Part shown: piece after piece, positions 10,370 to 23,760 of the stretch
How the letters are laid out: each line of letters opens with the position of its first letter
Numbering within the stretch: position 1 is the first letter of the stretch
The notes under the pieces: generated by a model
Told to the model about the DNA's origin: nothing
What the model saw: the letters and a program-made list of their open reading frames with translations, nothing else
The model's database searches: none
Translations under genes and position numbers: made by a program
From: Azolla caroliniana
Lineage: Eukaryota; Plantae; Polypodiophyta
Length of the DNA: 64,000 nt
Direction: 5' to 3'
Assembly (NCBI GenBank): GCA_043228905.1
Contig: JBHGNT010000021.1
Span: 8,742,001-8,806,000, forward strand

Positions 10370-13300
10370 TAAATAATCAAGCATATGATTATATGATGCG
10401 AAAATAGAATAAATTAGAGATATGTGAGAGAGAGAAAAGAGAAGAGACACAAGGTAAGAAAAACTTAAAACACTTAAACTGCATATTCACAAAAACAAGA
10501 ATTATAACCAACACTCTTACAAACTAAGACAGGAGGTTGCTTAAAAGATCACACTCTCTCGACATTCTCTCACTAGAACACAATCTTGAGAAAGGGGGAA
10601 AACCTTAAATATCTCATTAGGTGATTTGTCATTGGAATTACATTCTATGACGCATAGTTATGTTACAAGGTGGTGGTGTGTTCACACACATTACCTACTC
10701 ATGTGTGTTCACACTCTAGTTGAGTTTGATTCTTATCACACCCCTTCAAGCTCAACTTGGTGTAAGTCGGCGTTTGGCTTCGCTAGTGTTCAGCCCTGGT
10801 TTCGGCTTCAATGTCCGGCTTCGTGTGTGGCTTTCGGCTTTCAACCCCCCTCAAGCATGGCAAGTCAAAGGTTGAAAGTCCAAGCTCCGTCAAGAATTGC
10901 CAAAGCTTGTCGACCCCTAGGGCTTTCGTAAAGATCTAGGTGGTCAAGATTTGTGTTGATGTGTTGAACGTCGACATCCCCCGCAATGACACATTCCCAA
11001 ATGAAGTGGTATTGCACCTTGATGTGCTTCGTTTGAACATGGAAGACCAGGTTCCGTGCAAGATGAATATTGTTGAGGTTGTCGTAGTACTTCAAGTTTG
11101 GGTCGTTGATGGAGATGCCCAGATCTTTCAAAATCCTTTTGAGCCATTTGGTTTCACATACAACCACGGTCGTGCCCCTGTATTTAGCCTATGTGATTGA
11201 TAATGCAACGATTGGTTGATTCTTACTACTCCATGATATGGCTCCACTTCTGAGAGAGAAAACAAACCCCGAAGTGGAGCGTTGGTTGACTTTGTAGCCA
11301 GCCCAGTCAACATCTGTGTACCCTTCGAGTCGAATCGGCATTCGTGACTTGTAAAGAATGTTGTAATCCATAGTGCTACTCACGTATTGTAATACCTATT
11401 TAGCTCAATCTAGATGAATGTCATGTGGTGTCTGCATGAATTAGTTAAGGAGACCAACTAGATAGCTAAGGTCGGGTCGGGTGATAGTGAGGTAGATTAG
11501 GCTTCCGACAAGTTGCCGATAGCATGTTCGCTCACACTATGTGGTGACGGAGTCGGTATCCAGTTTCTGATTTCGATCGAGAGAGGTCGCTACAAACTTA
11601 CATTCTGTCATCTCGAACTTGAATAGCAAGTTTAGGACGTAGTGTCGTTGGGAGATCATGATATCATCAAGAGTCAGAATTACTTCAATGCCTAGCCTAA
11701 GGAAGTAGAGGAGGTCTTTCATGTCTTTCATCTCGAATTTGTCGGAGAGGAGCATCTTAATGTTGTTGATATCGGCTATTTGATATCACCAAGGTATAGA
11801 CATATATGATGATAAAATTTGACCACTTGAGTCATTTTGGGTGAATACATCCGAAAGCCGATTCAGTGAAAAAACCACGCTATCTGACGGGAACTCCTAG
11901 CTCCTTATGCGCAACGCTCGGCCACAACCGAGATTCTTTTCATACACAGAAAACGGGAAATAGAACACGACACAAAGAGGAGAAAGAGTACACAGGAGGT
12001 TAACGTGGAAAGCCCCAAACTAGGGGAAAAACCACGGCAGCCCACAGGCTGCAAACTGTCACTATGTATGAATGTACAAAACAGTGAGTTCACGGAGGCA
12101 ACGACCTCGGACTCACGATCTTCGCCACAGGCGGCGGTTACAACAGAGGCAACGACCTCGTCTCTCTCTCCTTCTCTGTATAGTTACGCACTCTCTCTTC
12201 TTCTTGCACCAACAAGAAAAAAATGACAACAATAGTAACTAAAAGTTTTGCCCTAAGTCATATTTATACTAATATGACTTTTCAGCTATTTACAAATGTA
12301 GCCTCGATAGGCTCTCAGAAACATATTTACGAATATGTCTCCTCATCCGGTCTTCATACCGGGTCTGCACCATCCGGCTCTCCGTAGCCGAGTACTCCTC
12401 ATCCGGTTCATACCGGGCCTGCACCATCCGGCTCTCCGTAGCCAGGTACTCCTCATCCGGTTCACACCGGGTCTATATCATCCGGCTCTCCGTAGCCAGG
12501 TACTCCTCATCCGGTCTTCACCGGGTCTGCATCATCCGGCTCTCCGTAGCCAGGTACTCCTCATCCGGTCTTCGGCCTCGGCCGAGTTTGTTCATCGGCA
12601 CTGATCTTCTCCCTTCCCATCCGGAGGGACCTGTCTCCCAACATTATCTTTGAATGCCAAGCCCGTGGCGCTTGCTTGAGGATGTAAAGGGACTTCTTGA
12701 GTTAACATACGGCATTTGGAAGTGCTCTCAACTTGAAGCCGAATGGTTGTACCATGTACACCTCCCCCTCAAGCTCGCCTTGGAGGAACGCATTCTTCAC
12801 GTCCATCTAATGAAGATGCCACCCTTTCGCCGCTTCGAGTGTAAGTATTTTCCGGATGGTCATCGTCTTTTCCACCGGGGAAAAGATTTCTTCATAATCG
12901 ACGCCATGGGTTTGTGCATAGCCTACTGCTACAAGTAGGGCTTTGTGCCGATTGACCATGCCATCGGCATTGTACTTCACCTTTTATATCCATCTACAAC
13001 CAATTGCTTTCTTGTGAGGTGAGTGTGGAAGAAGGTCCCATGATTTGTTCTTGTCGAGCGCTTGCATTTCCTAGTTTATCGCTTCTATCCATCGTGGATC
13101 TTGAGCGGCTTCGACAAAGCTTTCCAGCTCCCGTATGGCTACCACCTTCATCATTAAGGCATAATGGTATGCCATGTAGTTGTTATGGCTGAATCGGGTG
13201 ACCACGTTCTTTTCTCTAATTGAGTGACAAAGTTTTTTATTTGTCGTTGTTAGGCCTTTCTTCACTCCAAGTGTCCTCGTGATAGGGACACCAAATTCAT

Positions 13301-13650
13301 TGTCCACTAAGTATGTTGATCCATCCACATGACTCTCGTTGGAGTGGTCAACCTCATATTTTGGCATCTTAGCCTTTCCTTTGTCCGATTTGGCACTTGT
13401 TTGTGAGGTGATTTGGTTGGTCGGAGGCTCTTGCAGTCCACTCAACATGGTTGAGATTCGACTTTCCCTTGGTATCGGACTAGGCCGAATGTTGGCCTCT
13501 TAGTCGAATTCCAACTCATCCTTGATCGGTTCGGGTGGAGTTGAGTCAGGTTCATACAATGATATTGATTCATCAAAGACAACATCCCGACTCAACGAAA
13601 CTTTTGGGGAGAGGGGTTGAAGCACTTGTACCCCTTTTGCTCACGTGAGT
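10370..13650 (-). mobile_element. Degenerate copia related to family A: end of IN, RT, RNase H, PPT, 3' LTR (LTR right end 10740; left boundary approximate)
   Basis: GYTDVDWAG..RSTSGFVF..AISWSSK, FEMKDMKDL, KQAPRAWHSK, KHIKVQYHF; PPT-like sequence at 10741-10752; many stops and frameshifts. Confidence 0.88.
11885..12643 (-). mobile_element. Family-B solo LTR inserted in the RT of the older copia
   Basis: TG...CA ends; near-perfect 5-bp TSD CTATC/TTATC; removing it rejoins the RT (..RAWHSK|IAWFF..). Confidence 0.93.
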
Positions 13651-14504
13651 ATATTAATATATGTAGTATATTAATAGAATGGCACACTTAACTGGACACA
13701 CACTTCTTCTTCTTCTTCCAAAACAAATATTCTTCATTAGTAGAATTCTACATACATGAGGAAATTATTAAGCTAAAACATTACAATGGCTTTAGCCATG
13801 ATGACCTATGAAAACCACAAAAAATGCATTCTAAGATTCTTTTCACCTTCTCACCCAACATTTGTTAAACCAACATTTTAGGGTTGGGTTTTCTATTTTA
13901 AATAAGTATCTCTAACGCTTTTTAATTCTATCGAGTTTTTTCGTTGTTGTCCGAAAGAAAGTTGGATATTGCTAGCATCAAAACGAAAGAATACTAATTA
14001 TTTGCTCGAGCACGCCCATTCCATTCTACATAGTTCCGAGATGGAGGAAAAGACAACTTCAAAAAAAAAAATCTAAATATATATATATATATATGTTCGT
14101 AGAGTTTTCATGCGAGTATGCTTGGATCATTCCCGCTTGTCCACTAGTGTCTTCTGCTCTAACTGGATTAATTTCATTCTTTTTTCCGAAGGCTACAAAC
14201 AGTATTCGTCGTTTATGCGTTGCACTTAGCATATCATTGTTAGTTGTTTCTATGGTCATATCCATATCTTCATTCTGGCAACAAAGTATATTGATATCTA
14301 TAAACACATACACATTTGTGTGCCTGTGATCAAATATGCAAGAGTGTTGTAAAGTGGGTGTAGGTTGTTAGAAGGGTATGTAACTACCCTACATGCCTCA
14401 CTGTATTTTCTTGGATTGTGACCCTCATGTACTACCTATATAACCCCACCCATGGGGCATGAATGAGATAATAGAAGAAGCTCACTTGCTCTCTCGCTCT
14501 CGTA

Positions 14505-14572
14505 ATTAGTTTACCCTAGTGGTAAGTCGAAAACACTACAAGCACTGTGTCTTGGGTTCGAAACCCAATTTT
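14505..14572 (+). other. Degenerate tRNA-derived (SINE-like) head
   Basis: A-box-like TACCCTAGTGG (14512-14522) and B box GGTTCGAAACC (14555-14565) at tRNA spacing, followed by TTTT. Confidence 0.45.
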
Positions 14573-14624
14573 CTCACCTCTCTATTATATACTTCATATA
14601 TATCTCTATTTCACTAGATGCCAC

Positions 14625-14697
14625 TGTGGAATGTAGGGGTTGAACCCATGACCACCTGGTCTCCATTGGGCAACCTTACCAACTGAGCTACATCCAT
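14625..14697 (-). pseudogene. tRNA-derived sequence (tRNA pseudogene or SINE head)
   Basis: Minus strand ATGGATG-TAGCTCAGTTGGTA...GGTTCAACCCC-TACATTCCACA: clear A and B boxes; imperfect acceptor and anticodon arms. Confidence 0.65.
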
Positions 14698-14898
14698 CTG
14701 GTCTCTCTTTATGTTCTTCTTTTTTCCTGTTGTCAAGTGCACCCTTGGTGGAGTTTGTTCCTTTGCGACGTGTGCGTTGTACTTTGTGTGCACATTTTCT
14801 TTGGTGGATTGTGCATCTTTTGGAGTGTTCTCTCACGTGTATTGTATGTGCGTCATAAATTGTCGAAATGTGTGTGAGTCCATCGAAGTGAAGGAAAT

Positions 14899-15711
14899 TG
14901 TTGAGTGACAAGCTCAACATTGGGTGCGTAACACGGTGCATAACCCAGTGTGTAGACTAGATGCGTAAAACAGTATCCATAACGTGGCCGTATCAGTGCG
15001 TAAACCGAAAGGCCGTTAGTATGATATTCCTTGTAAGGAATAATTTTGGGAGTTAATGTAGTAGGCTCATTTATGAGAAGTCAACTACTGTCAGTACTTG
15101 TGTCAGCCCAATAGTCAGGGCTTGTATAAAAGGTGCTCACTGAGCACGAAGTATGTACATAGTGTCATTATTTTAAAATAGAACTGAGTTGTTTGCTCTC
15201 TCTCTCTCTGTCTCTCCCTCTCCATCTCCATCCCTGCATTTTCTATGTTTTACCAAACTGTCGTTCTCCGAACTGTGTACTCTGTGTTTTGCATACGCTT
15301 CCGCACACATATTCTTTTACATGGTATCAGAGCGCGAGGGTTGAAGTCCTCTGCAGTCGACAGAAAAGCTTGCGACAGAGACATAGTTGAGTTGTTATTC
15401 TTGGCTTTCAGAAAAGATAAGACAGCAACATGGACAGAGGAATGGGAAGCTCACTACCGACTGAGAAGCTCGACAGGAGCAACTACACATCTTGGTCGTA
15501 CAAGATGCACTAGTACCTGCTTAGTCATGGCTACTGGAGTTATGTCAAATGAGATAATGATACAGCATCCAAATCGACACACAGGGATTTTTTGTCTTGG
15601 GAACAAGCAGCAAGCAGAGTTCTCTACTGCTTTGCATCTTGCGTGAGCGACCGGCTATTGAGCCATATTCGGGATGCCAAGACGCCAAAGGATGCATGGG
15701 CGAATCTCAAA
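14899..15711 (+). mobile_element. 5' fragment of copia family A: LTR 14899-15321, PBS 15322-15333, start of gag
   Basis: LTR homologous to 8507-8917 in inverted orientation; TGGTATCAGAGC; gag EKLDRSNYTSWSYKMH*YLL; truncated by a Ty3 LTR at 15712. Confidence 0.93.
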
Positions 15712-18700
15712 TGTCTACGGGTACAAAGAGGCCCTACCAATCACCAAAACTTGGAGGGCCAGTGTCAGGGATGAACAATTGGAAGATAAAGAGATGGCGA
15801 AGTTGATGACAATGAGTAAGAACATCTATTCCATGACTGGTGTTGATTTCCTTGATGTTAACAAGGGAGACCAACCCTTTTTATACATGTAGTGAAGCAT
15901 GATAACCATGATCATGCCAAGTCTTACATACTATAATATCATGCATACTAATTCTTGCATGCCAAGTCTTACATACTCAGTCTTACATACTGAGTCTTAT
16001 ATACCACTCTTTATACAAAGGTTTAAAATCTAAAGTTTGTCTAGGAGAAATAATATATATATACAAGAAACTAAGGCTAAAATTGGAGTCGATGTTCATG
16101 ACAATATCCTCCCCTTAAGTGCGACCTTAAGGAAGGTGCGGGTTTGTGAGGATATCGGAGATGAAAATCATGAACCACTTCCAGGGCAGTGAGTAAATTT
16201 CTAGCGGGCTCCCATGTGGCCTCAGAGATGGGATATCCCTTTCACAAGACCAGATACTGGAGCTTCTGTCGGCTCTTGCGCGAGTCTAGAATGGTTTCGA
16301 CTTCATACTCATCCATAGTCGTCAAACCCACAGGGGCGGGTGGCTCAATGCTTCTTCCTAGAATTGAGGATGGATGATAGAGCTCAAGAAGTGATGCATG
16401 GAAGACATTGTGAATTCGGTAGTGTTATGCAAAAGCAAGACGGAAAGCCAGAGGGTTGACTTTGTCAATGATGCAGAACGAACCCAACTTCTTGTAATCG
16501 AGTTTGCTACATGGGCGAGTTGTCGAAATATGCCAACATAATAGCCAAACCATGTCACCAACTTTAAAATGAGGTGCAACCTACTGATGTCGATCAGCCT
16601 TCTCTTTGTGTCATTCTTGAGTAATGGAGAGTTCTAGGGATAGGTCATGATGCACTTCTTTCATCAGACGAGCTCGTTCTTCAGCAGATGGATTCGCAGA
16701 ACCAGCAGGGATAGCTATGCTAAAGCGTGGCTTGAACGCATAATTTGTGAAGAAGGGTGTTATGCTAGTTGATGTGTGGAGAATATTGTTGTAGGTGAAT
16801 TGAGCCATTGGAAGAAATTTGATCCAATCATCTTGTTGATAACTTATCATACATCGAAGATATTGCTCTAGGATCTGATTTACTCGTTCCGTTTGGCCAT
16901 CTGTCTCAAGATGGAAGGCTGTCAAAAATTTTGTGGAAGTTCCATGAGTCTAGAAGAGGTGTTTCCAGAAATGAGACATAAATTGGGCACCGTGATCAGA
17001 AATAATGTCATCCACTAAACCGTGAAGGCGCACAATATTCGTTAACAATAGATCTATTGTTTCCATCCCTGAAATCGCTTTAGAACATGGAATAAAATGT
17101 GCCATCTTTGTGAACCTATCAACCACCACCAATACTGAATTGAATCCCTCAATGTCGGGAAGGTCCATGGATGGTGATAAAATCCGTCAAGATGGAGGCC
17201 CATGGCCTATTTGGAATTGGCAGAGGTTGAAGTAGACCGTAGGGACGATGATGTACTGCTTTGGCGCGGGCACATGTATCACATGTTTTCATGATCTTTT
17301 TAACAAGTTTCCAAGGTTGTGGCCACCAATAACTTCTAGAGATTAACTCCAAAGTTTTTGCAACACCAAAATGTCCAGTTAGGACATTCATCATGGCACT
17401 CCTTCATAATACGGATATGATAAGGACCATCTAGGACATACATTATGTTGTTCCGGAAAAGAAAACCATCCTGAAACATAAATTGGTCATGGATATTCCG
17501 TACCTCCATTATGGTTGAGTTGTTGATTCAATTCTCCTTAATCTCTTTTGCAAATTTGTCGTTGGTAGTACCTGTCGCTATTGCATTGAGTACTGATTCA
17601 TCCGCGCCTATATAAGCTGCAAAGAGTTGCATCTGATGTGGTTGTAGAAGACAACATGATTGTTGACTGTAGATCGCATCTCTTGGCCGGATTTCTAATT
17701 CCGAACGCCGAGATAGGGCATCAGCTATACCATGTTGGGCACTAGCACGAAAAACAATTTCAAAGTCGTAATCAGCTAGGAAGGTCGACCATCGTGCTTG
17801 CCTCTGGTTCAAAATGCGAGTAGTGGTGAAGTAGACAAGGTTCTTGTGATCGGTCACCACCTGGACATGGTGTTGGGTGCCCGTCAAGTAAGGACGCCAT
17901 TCTTCAAAGGCGGCAATAATCGCAAAGAGTTCTTTGTCATAAACTGGGTAGTTGATCTCAGGGGTGTGAACTTCCGAGAATAAAAGGCAACAGGACGAAG
18001 GATCCCATTGTTATCTGATTGAGAGAGAATGGCACTAATGGCGAAGTCAGAGGCATCACTATTGATCATAAATGGTTTCGTCAGATCTGGGTGTAGAAGT
18101 ACTGGAGCCAAGGTAAAAGCTTTCTTTAGTGTCTCAAATGCCAGTTGGGTTGTAGGAGTCTAGCAAAAAGGAGAATCCTTCCGAGTGAGTGTTATAAGGG
18201 GTTGCGCCAATGTAGAGAATCCTTGAATGAATTGATGATAGAAGTTGGCAAAACCCAAAAATGATTGCACATCCTTGACCCTGGTGGGGACTTCCCACTC
18301 TGGAACCGTTGCGACTTTCATCTTGTCCATAGTGAGACCATCAGATGAAATAACATACCCGAGGAATTCAACTGAAGTTCGATCAAACTCACACTTCTCA
18401 AGTTTTGCATAAAGTCCATGTTCCTAAAGTTTGGACAAGATAAGTCGGACGTGCTTGGTGTGCTCTATATAGTCTTGTGAGAAGATAAGTATGACGTCGA
18501 GATAGATTACCACAAATTGGTCCAGATATTCTCGGAAGATATCATTCATCATATGTAGAAAAACGACAAGAGCGTTTGTGAGACCAAATGGCATTACCGT
18601 GTATTCAAAATGCACGTACCTGGTTCGAAATGTCGTTTTCCACTCATCTCCAGGCTTGATATGCATCAAGTTGTAGGCATCTCTAAGATCGATTTTGGAG

Positions 18701-19548
18701 AATATACACCCAACCCAAAGTCGGTCGAGGAGTTCTGTCACGGACACACCAAGCGCGAACTAAGACGGAGCACGGATGATGAGGCTACAATGGAGCAATG
18801 ACGGAATGACACAAGAGCATAAAGATGGAGATGAAGATTAAGGAGAGAAGATGGGCGAAACGAGAATACTAGATTGATATGTCCATGACTGGCGTTGTTC
18901 ACCTTGAATTCCTTCAAGGTGAACTCAACTATTTATACTAAGTGGCATGCATACTTGTTGCATGCATGTGATACAATAGAGCATGTAGGTAGTAGGTACG
19001 CATGCATGTGACAAGTGTAAATAATACAAGGGAGAAATTATGCACATGATGCTGGCTAAAACCGACAATGAGGAAGTATATACATGATTATATGCTAGAT
19101 GTGTGGTTAACACATAACACTCGATTATAACATGGTCATGTCAAGAGTTTGAATCTTGACATTATCCCCCCCTCCAACGATGCCTTCCCAAATCGTTTAT
19201 CGGTTTTAGGGGATATTGTTGATGAAATTCTTAGAGCACCTCCAAAGTATTTTGTAAATCCTAGACAAGGAGTAACCCTTGCTTAAGACAATGTATTTAA
19301 CACCAACAGGCATGAGCGACCATGTGTGGTCCTTGCCTAGGACTGGAAGACAAATATCAACGGGTGTGAGCGACCATGTGCGGTCCTCACAAGGAGCATG
19401 AACACCAAAGGGCATGAGTAACCATGTGGGGTCCTTGCTGGGAACTAGAACGGTCCTCGCTGAGAGTTGGAACCCGAACACCAACGAGCATGAGCGACCA
19501 TATATATACAAGAACCTAAGGCTGAAATTTGAGTCGATGTTCATGACA
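15712..19548 (-). mobile_element. Degenerate Ty3/gypsy chromovirus (Tcn1-like): RT-RH-IN-chromodomain 16119-18735, 3' LTR ~15712-16103, plus a second LTR+PPT (18736-19175) and an LTR 5' end at 19548
   Basis: [82 protein letters not shown], chromodomain EYEVETILDSR..YLV..KGYP.SEATWEP; PPT at 16106-16118; sequence ...GTCGATGTTCATGACA shared at 16103 and 19548. Confidence 0.9.
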
Positions 19549-20069
19549 GTCGAACGTGACACAACTACGAAGAGAGCCTTAGTCCTTCAGTTTAGAGACA
19601 TGGAACCTTGAATCACATTTTTTAAGAAGAGACCAATTCTTAAGGGATTAGGTGGGGACCCTATCTATCTAGATGAAGACCTCACTAAGATGCAAATTGA
19701 GCACCATAAAAGTTGTATGCCACAACTCATGCAAGCTCGTAAAGAAGGGCATCACACCTTTTATCGGGACAGACGAGTGATAATAAATGATCACGCTACT
19801 AATTGACGGTGTGCGGACCATGTGACAAAATATACACTTAGAATGACCTTATGGAATTGTAACAGCGCACTATGGACACACCCCGGCCGCCTACAAGAGA
19901 TATTAAATGTATCATATATACTTTTCTTGGTAGAAACACACCAAAGTCCAAATAGAGGACTCCCACGAGTCGAAGGATTTCATTGGGAGTCCATATTTAG
20001 ATAAACCTCACATTGATGCACTACCAAAGGATCTGGAGGTGTTGCAATATTGTTTCGGAGAGAGCTACA
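19549..20069 (+). mobile_element. LINE fragment: end of ORF1 and start of ORF2 AP-endonuclease
   Basis: IYLDEDLTK..ARKEG (LINE ORF1-type motif); LWNCN..ILFLVETH..GSGGVAILF (endonuclease N-terminus); cut by a copia LTR at 20070. Confidence 0.8.
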
Positions 20070-22325
20070 TGTTGGGAAGCAGGTCCCTCCAGATGGGAAA
20101 AGCACATGTCAGATCAAATGGAGGTGATAGGGAACTCGGCCAAGACCGAAAATCGATTTGGCAAGCAATCGAATCGGTCGAAGCCGATTCAAGAGACTAT
20201 ATTTGTAAATAGTCTAGATGTGCCCATTGAGGCTATATTCATAAATAGTCTACTATGTATATAAGTATATATACACTTAGGGTAAGTAGTTGGAATGTGT
20301 GTGATAATCATTATTGTTGTAACAAGTTATAGTGAGTAGTTTCCTTAGTAACTAGCAAGAGTGAGAGAGAGTGTGAGAGTTGTAACTTTGCCGCCATCTG
20401 TTAGACAAAGACAAGCTCGCAGTTGTTGCCTCCGAATCTCCTTGTACTCCTCTCCATTACACTTAGTGATTTGTTTTCTTGGGGTTTGTGGACCCCCGTG
20501 GTTTCTTTCCCATTTCTGGTTTTCCACGTTAAAAATACATGTGTCTCCTATGCTTTTCTGTTTTCGTTTTCTATTTTCTGTCTATGCACTATCTTACTCA
20601 ATTCTTTGCAGTTGAATATCCATACGAGAAACTGGTTGTGGCCGGTTCCAATCCTGACAAGTGGTATCATAGCAATGGATGAACATTTCGGTGGAATGTT
20701 CAAGTTAACCGGCTCCAACTATTTGGTGTGGAAGTTGAAAATGCGGGATATGCTCGTGTGCAAAGACGTGTGGTTGCCGGTGCAATACGACAAGATGAAG
20801 CTAGACAAGATCGATGCATCGACTTTGGAAGTCATGCATCTGAAGTAGGTTGCATGTATAAGGTGTTTTATAGACATGAGTCTATATGTAACAACTTTGA
20901 TGAAGAGATGAGTGATGATGTCCTCTGGAAGAAGATTGGCGTAATATTCAAGAACCAAAACGCCATGAACAAAGTCTCAGTTTTCAGAAAAATTGTGAGA
21001 CTCTGATATCAAGACAACTCCATCATGGCGAAGCATATTAATGCCTTCCAAGGACTGATGAATCAAACCACCTCTCTAGAAGTACCCCTTGCCGACGAGG
21101 TATTAGCATTATTATTGTTGAGATCCCTTCCGAATAGCTGGGAAACACTCGTTGTCACATTGGGCAACACCGGACTGGAAGGGAAGCATCTATCCCTAGA
21201 GCAGGTGAAGTTGAGCTTACTAAACAAGGAAGTTTTCCGGAAGGATAGAGAGTCCATTGCCAACCCAAAGGCCTTAGTCATGGAAAGTGACACAAATCGA
21301 GGAAGAGGTCGGACTCGAAGTCCCCAGAATCGAGATAAGTTGGGGACAAGGTCGAAGTCGAGCAGAAAACCCATGTGCTTCTATTGTTGAAAGACGGAGT
21401 ACTTCCACAAGAATTGCCAACACTTCCGAAAGGAAAAGGGGGGAGCCGACAGTGTGCAACCGAAGAAGATTTCAGACAACAAAAACCGAAGACGATTTCA
21501 GACAGCAAAGGGGGGAGTTGTTGCTCATCAGTGAGCAAAACGAAGTGAACCTTATCAGGGATGAATCAACATGGGTGATCGATTCGGGTGCATCATTCCA
21601 CCTAACCCCCAACCGGAAATGCTTCTCATCTTATAGAGCTGGAGATCTTGGATCCGTAAAGATGGGAAATGAAGGAGCATGCCGAATCTTTGGCATTGGA
21701 GATGTGTGCTTGACAATGTCAACCAGGTGCAGACTTATGTTGAGAGACGTACGACACGTTCTAGAAGTGCGATTGAACTTGATATCAGTCGGTTGGCTGG
21801 ATGATGAAGGCTTCACGGTAGCATCTAGAACATCGTCATGAAGTTTTGCAAGGGAAGCATGATTGTGGCTCGAGCCTGAAAAAAACAAATCATTGTATTT
21901 TATGCATGCTTGATTGTGCCGAAACAAAGTGAACGTGGTAGCCGACACAACCAGTGAGTTGTGGCATAAGAGGCTATGCACATGAGCCAGAAGGAAATGC
22001 AAATGCTCTCCGAAAAAGAACTCCGACTAGAGGTGAAGAAAGTGCATTTGGACAAGTGTGTTGATCGCCTAGCCAGCTAACATAATAGAGCCGCATTTCG
22101 ACCGAGGCCCCTAATTCGGAAGAAAACCATTCTGGAACTCATACACACTGATGTATGCAATGTAGACGTGAAGTCTCATTCTGGTGGACAGTACTTTGTT
22201 ACCTTCATTGTTGATTACAGTCATAAGTTGTGGGTTTATGTGCTGAAGACGAAGGATCAAGTACTAGGTGTCTTCAAAGAGTTCCAAGCGAGAGCCGAGA
22301 GAGAAACCAGCCGAAAATTGAAGGG
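20070..22325 (+). mobile_element. Copia family B, 5' part: LTR 20070-20659, PBS 20662-20673, gag-PR-IN (degenerate)
   Basis: TGTTGGG...GACA LTR; TGGTATCATAGC; ATG at 20675 (MDEHFGGMFKLTGSNY); WVIDSGASFHLTP; ELIHTDVC..YFVTFI. Confidence 0.92.
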
Positions 22326-23760
22326 TGCAAACTGTTGTTGAAAGATGTCTAACACGTTCTGGCGGTTCGGTTGAACCTGATATGAGCTGGTTGGTTGGAT
22401 GATGAGGGCTACACGGGTAGCATCCGAAACAGAGTAATTAAGTTTTGCAAAGGGAGCCTGATCGTGGCTCAAGCCCGAAATATCAACACATTGTACCTAA
22501 TGCATGCTCGAATATGACAGGAAGAAGTGAACTTGATATCCGACATTGTCGGTGAGCTGTGGCACAAGAGGTTGTTCCACATGAGCCAGAAGGGGATGCA
22601 GAGACTTGTCAAGGATAACCTCATTCCAGAGGTGAAAGACGTGTAGCTTATATAACTAGGGCAACAATTTTCATTATGTTGTCATCATTATTGTTGTATA
22701 GAGAGACAGAGTGTGTGAGAGAGAGACACACACACACAGAAACCTAATTCTGTTGTAACCGCCTGTTGGTGAAGATACAGAGCTCGAGGTCGTTGCTCTA
22801 AGTCTCACATTGGTGTGCCCTCCCGTGGTTTTCCCTGATTAGGGTTTCCACGTTAATATCCTGTGTCAACCCATTTTGTGTGTAAGTGCATTAATCTTAT
22901 TTATGTTTTGATTCTTCCATCGTGTGTAGTGGAGACTCAGTTGTGGCCGAGCACTATTTACGTCAAACTGGAATCAGAGCATGGAAGATCCATTCGGCGG
23001 CATGTTCAAGCTCACCAGCTCCAACTACTTAGTATGAAAGTCAAAGATGAGGGACATGTTGGTGGTCAAAGATCTCTGGTTGTCGGTACAGTTTGGAGAT
23101 GCAAAACCGAACAAAATAGATTAGCCGACATGGGAGGTGATGCACATGAAGACAACAGCCTATATTCGATGCTTCATTGATATGAGCCTGTACAACAACT
23201 TCAATGAAGAGATTAAGGCTCCTGAACTATAGGAGAAGATAGGCATCATGTTTCAAAACAAGAATGTTGTGAATCGGGCCTCAGTATTCCGGAAGTTAGT
23301 GAGACTCTAATACCAAGACGGCTTGAGTCCAGTATGGCAGAGCACATGAATTCCTTCCAGGCACTTATAAATCAAACAACCTCGTTGGAAGTACCTCTAG
23401 CCGACGAGGTACTCACATTGATGTTGCTTGGTTCCCTCCCGGATAGTTGGGAGACGTTGGTTGTCACTTTGGGCAACACCAAGCTGGAAGGGAAACACCT
23501 ATCCCTCGCATGAGTAAAGTCGAGCTTGCTAGATGATGAAGCTCGCCGAAAGGACCGGGAATCCGGATCCGATCCGAAGGCCTTGATTACGGAAATTGAT
23601 GCACAACGAGGAAGAGGCCGGAATCGGAATCCCCAAAACCAGGACAAATCGAGGCCGAGGTCAAAGTCAAAGGGGAGGCATATGTGCTTCAATTGTGGGA
23701 AGCTCGAGCGCTTCCAGAAGAATTGTCGACATTTTCGGAAGGAGAAAGGAACTGAAATGC
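22326..23760 (+). mobile_element. Further family-B fragments: PR/pre-IN piece, partial LTR, PBS (~22968) and gag
   Basis: Repeats the sequence of 21740-22050, then TGGAATCAGAGC-ATG, MEDPFGGMFKLTSSNY, LEVPLADEVL, CFNCGK. Confidence 0.85.

Noticed and set aside
14059-14329. 84-aa and 78-aa ORFs in AT-rich sequence
   Set aside because: No recognisable homology or supporting gene structure.
14625-14697. Functional tRNA gene
   Set aside because: Acceptor and anticodon stems do not pair properly and no anticodon can be assigned.
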